Origin: Candidatus Eiseniibacteriota bacterium
Lineage (GTDB): Bacteria > Eisenbacteria > RBG-16-71-46
DNA length: 64,000 nucleotides
Assembly (NCBI GenBank): GCA_044223005.1
Contig: JBGAML010000002.1
Coordinates: 224,001 to 288,000 of the forward strand
Direction of reading: 5' to 3'
Below, one piece after another: positions 61,085 through 64,000 of this stretch. Position numbers and translations under genes: made by a program. Position 1 is the stretch's first letter, and every line of letters starts with the position of its first letter. Under the pieces are notes generated by a model. That model had not been told where the DNA came from and searched no databases. It saw only the letters and a program-made list of their open reading frames with translations.

Positions 61085-62237
61085 GTGAAACTCGTCACCG
61101 TCACGCACGATCCCCAGCGGGGCTGGTCGCAGCCGCTCGATTCGCAGCTCGATTCCCCGCACACGCTGGTGCTCGTGTTCGGTTCTCCCGACGCCACGCA
61201 GGTCGCGGCGCCGCTCGCCGAGCTCGCGCGCGCGCTGCCGCAGGCGCACGTGCTCGGCTGCTCGACCGCGGGCGAGATCCACGGCGACAAGATCCAGGAC
61301 GACGGGCTCGTGGCCGCGATCGCGCGCTTCGAGCGCACGGAGCTGGCCGTCGCGCGCACGCACGTGGCGCAGGCGGCGGATTCGTTCGCGGCCGGTGAAC
61401 GGCTGGCGCGCGAGCTCGTGCGCGAAGGACTGCGCGGCGTGTTCGTGCTCTCGGACGGCCTCAACGTCAACGGCAGCGAGCTCGTGCGCGGGCTCTCGTC
61501 GGTGCTGCCGCCCTCGGTCGTGATCTCGGGCGGGCTCGCGGGCGACGGCTCGCGCTTCGAGCGCACGTGGGTGGTCGAGAACGGAGCGCCCGCGCCCGGT
61601 GTCGTGTCGTGCGTCGGCTTCACCGGCGATGCCGTGCACATCGGGCACGGCTCCAAGGGTGGCTGGGACAAGTTCGGGCCCGAGCGGCGCGTCACGCGCG
61701 CAGCTGGCAACGTGCTCTACGAGCTGGACGGCAAGCCCGCGCTCGAGCTCTACAAGACCTACCTCGGCGACCGCGCCGCCGGCCTGCCCGCGACCGGGCT
61801 GCTGTTCCCGCTCGCGATCCGCGCCGCCGCGGGCGACGAGAAGGTGCTCGTGCGCACGATCCTCGCCGTCGACGAAGCCACGCAGTCCATGACCTTCGCG
61901 GGCGACGTGCCCGAGGGCTCGCTCGCGCAGTTGATGCGCGCCAACTTCGAACGCCTGATCGCCGGCGCCGGTTCGGCCGCGCTGGCGACCGGCGCGCTGC
62001 AGGCGCCCGGCGCGCGCGAGGCCGACCATCTCGCGATCGCGATCAGCTGCGTGGGCCGCCGGCTCGTGCTCGGCGAGCGCACCGAAGAAGAGCTCGAAGC
62101 GACGCTCGAAGGTCTGCCGCTCACGGCGCATCAGGTGGGCTTCTATTCGTACGGCGAGATCTCGACCTATGCGTCGGGCATCTGCGACCTGCAGAACCAG
62201 ACCATGACGCTCACGTCGATCCGCGAGGACCTGCCGC

Positions 62238-62248
<11 letters not shown>
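61085..62248 (+). CDS. FIST domain protein (NosP-like)
   Basis: GCSTAGEI, LSDGLNVNGSEL, GGLAGDG, SCVGRRLVLG, GFYSYGEI, QNQTMT; GGAGG RBS and GTG start. Confidence 0.93.
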
Positions 62249-63998
<1,750 letters not shown>

Positions 63999-64000
63999 GC

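Overview
High-GC bacterial chromosomal window. The likely source is a diderm of the FCB group, most plausibly Candidatus Eisenbacteria; this is inferred from protein architecture only. I call about 46 coding regions and see no rRNA, tRNA, CRISPR array, transposase or integrase. The dominant theme is a dense set of signal-peptide proteins carrying two different C-terminal tags. Nine end in a T9SS/FlgD-Ig-like domain (PNP...D(V/A)xGR...G(I/L)Y), and two unrelated proteins end in a short TWGxLKSxYR tail. Tagged cargo includes two convergent DUF5650-like 60-aa repeat proteins, beta-propeller proteins, a 3x107-aa repeat protein, an endonuclease I, a PHP-like metallohydrolase and a phosphoesterase. 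There is also a small tagged protein paired with an untagged fibre-like protein. Two TIGR02999-type ECF sigma / membrane Ser-Thr kinase pairs sit among these genes. The right end holds a respiratory and gas-sensing cluster: sqr with a small protein and a DUF3365 cytochrome c, divergent cydAB, and a FIST protein plus hybrid histidine kinase. Other content: MscS, a cation:proton antiporter, a pseudo-receiver/anti-sigma fusion, a frameshifted GNAT, a truncated secreted-protein remnant, three outer-membrane beta-barrels, a Tat-exported SOD, a Tat SDR with an Npt-like MFS, and a structured leader upstream of a DUF2087 gene. Family names come from recognising motifs by eye, not from database searches, and start codons are best guesses.
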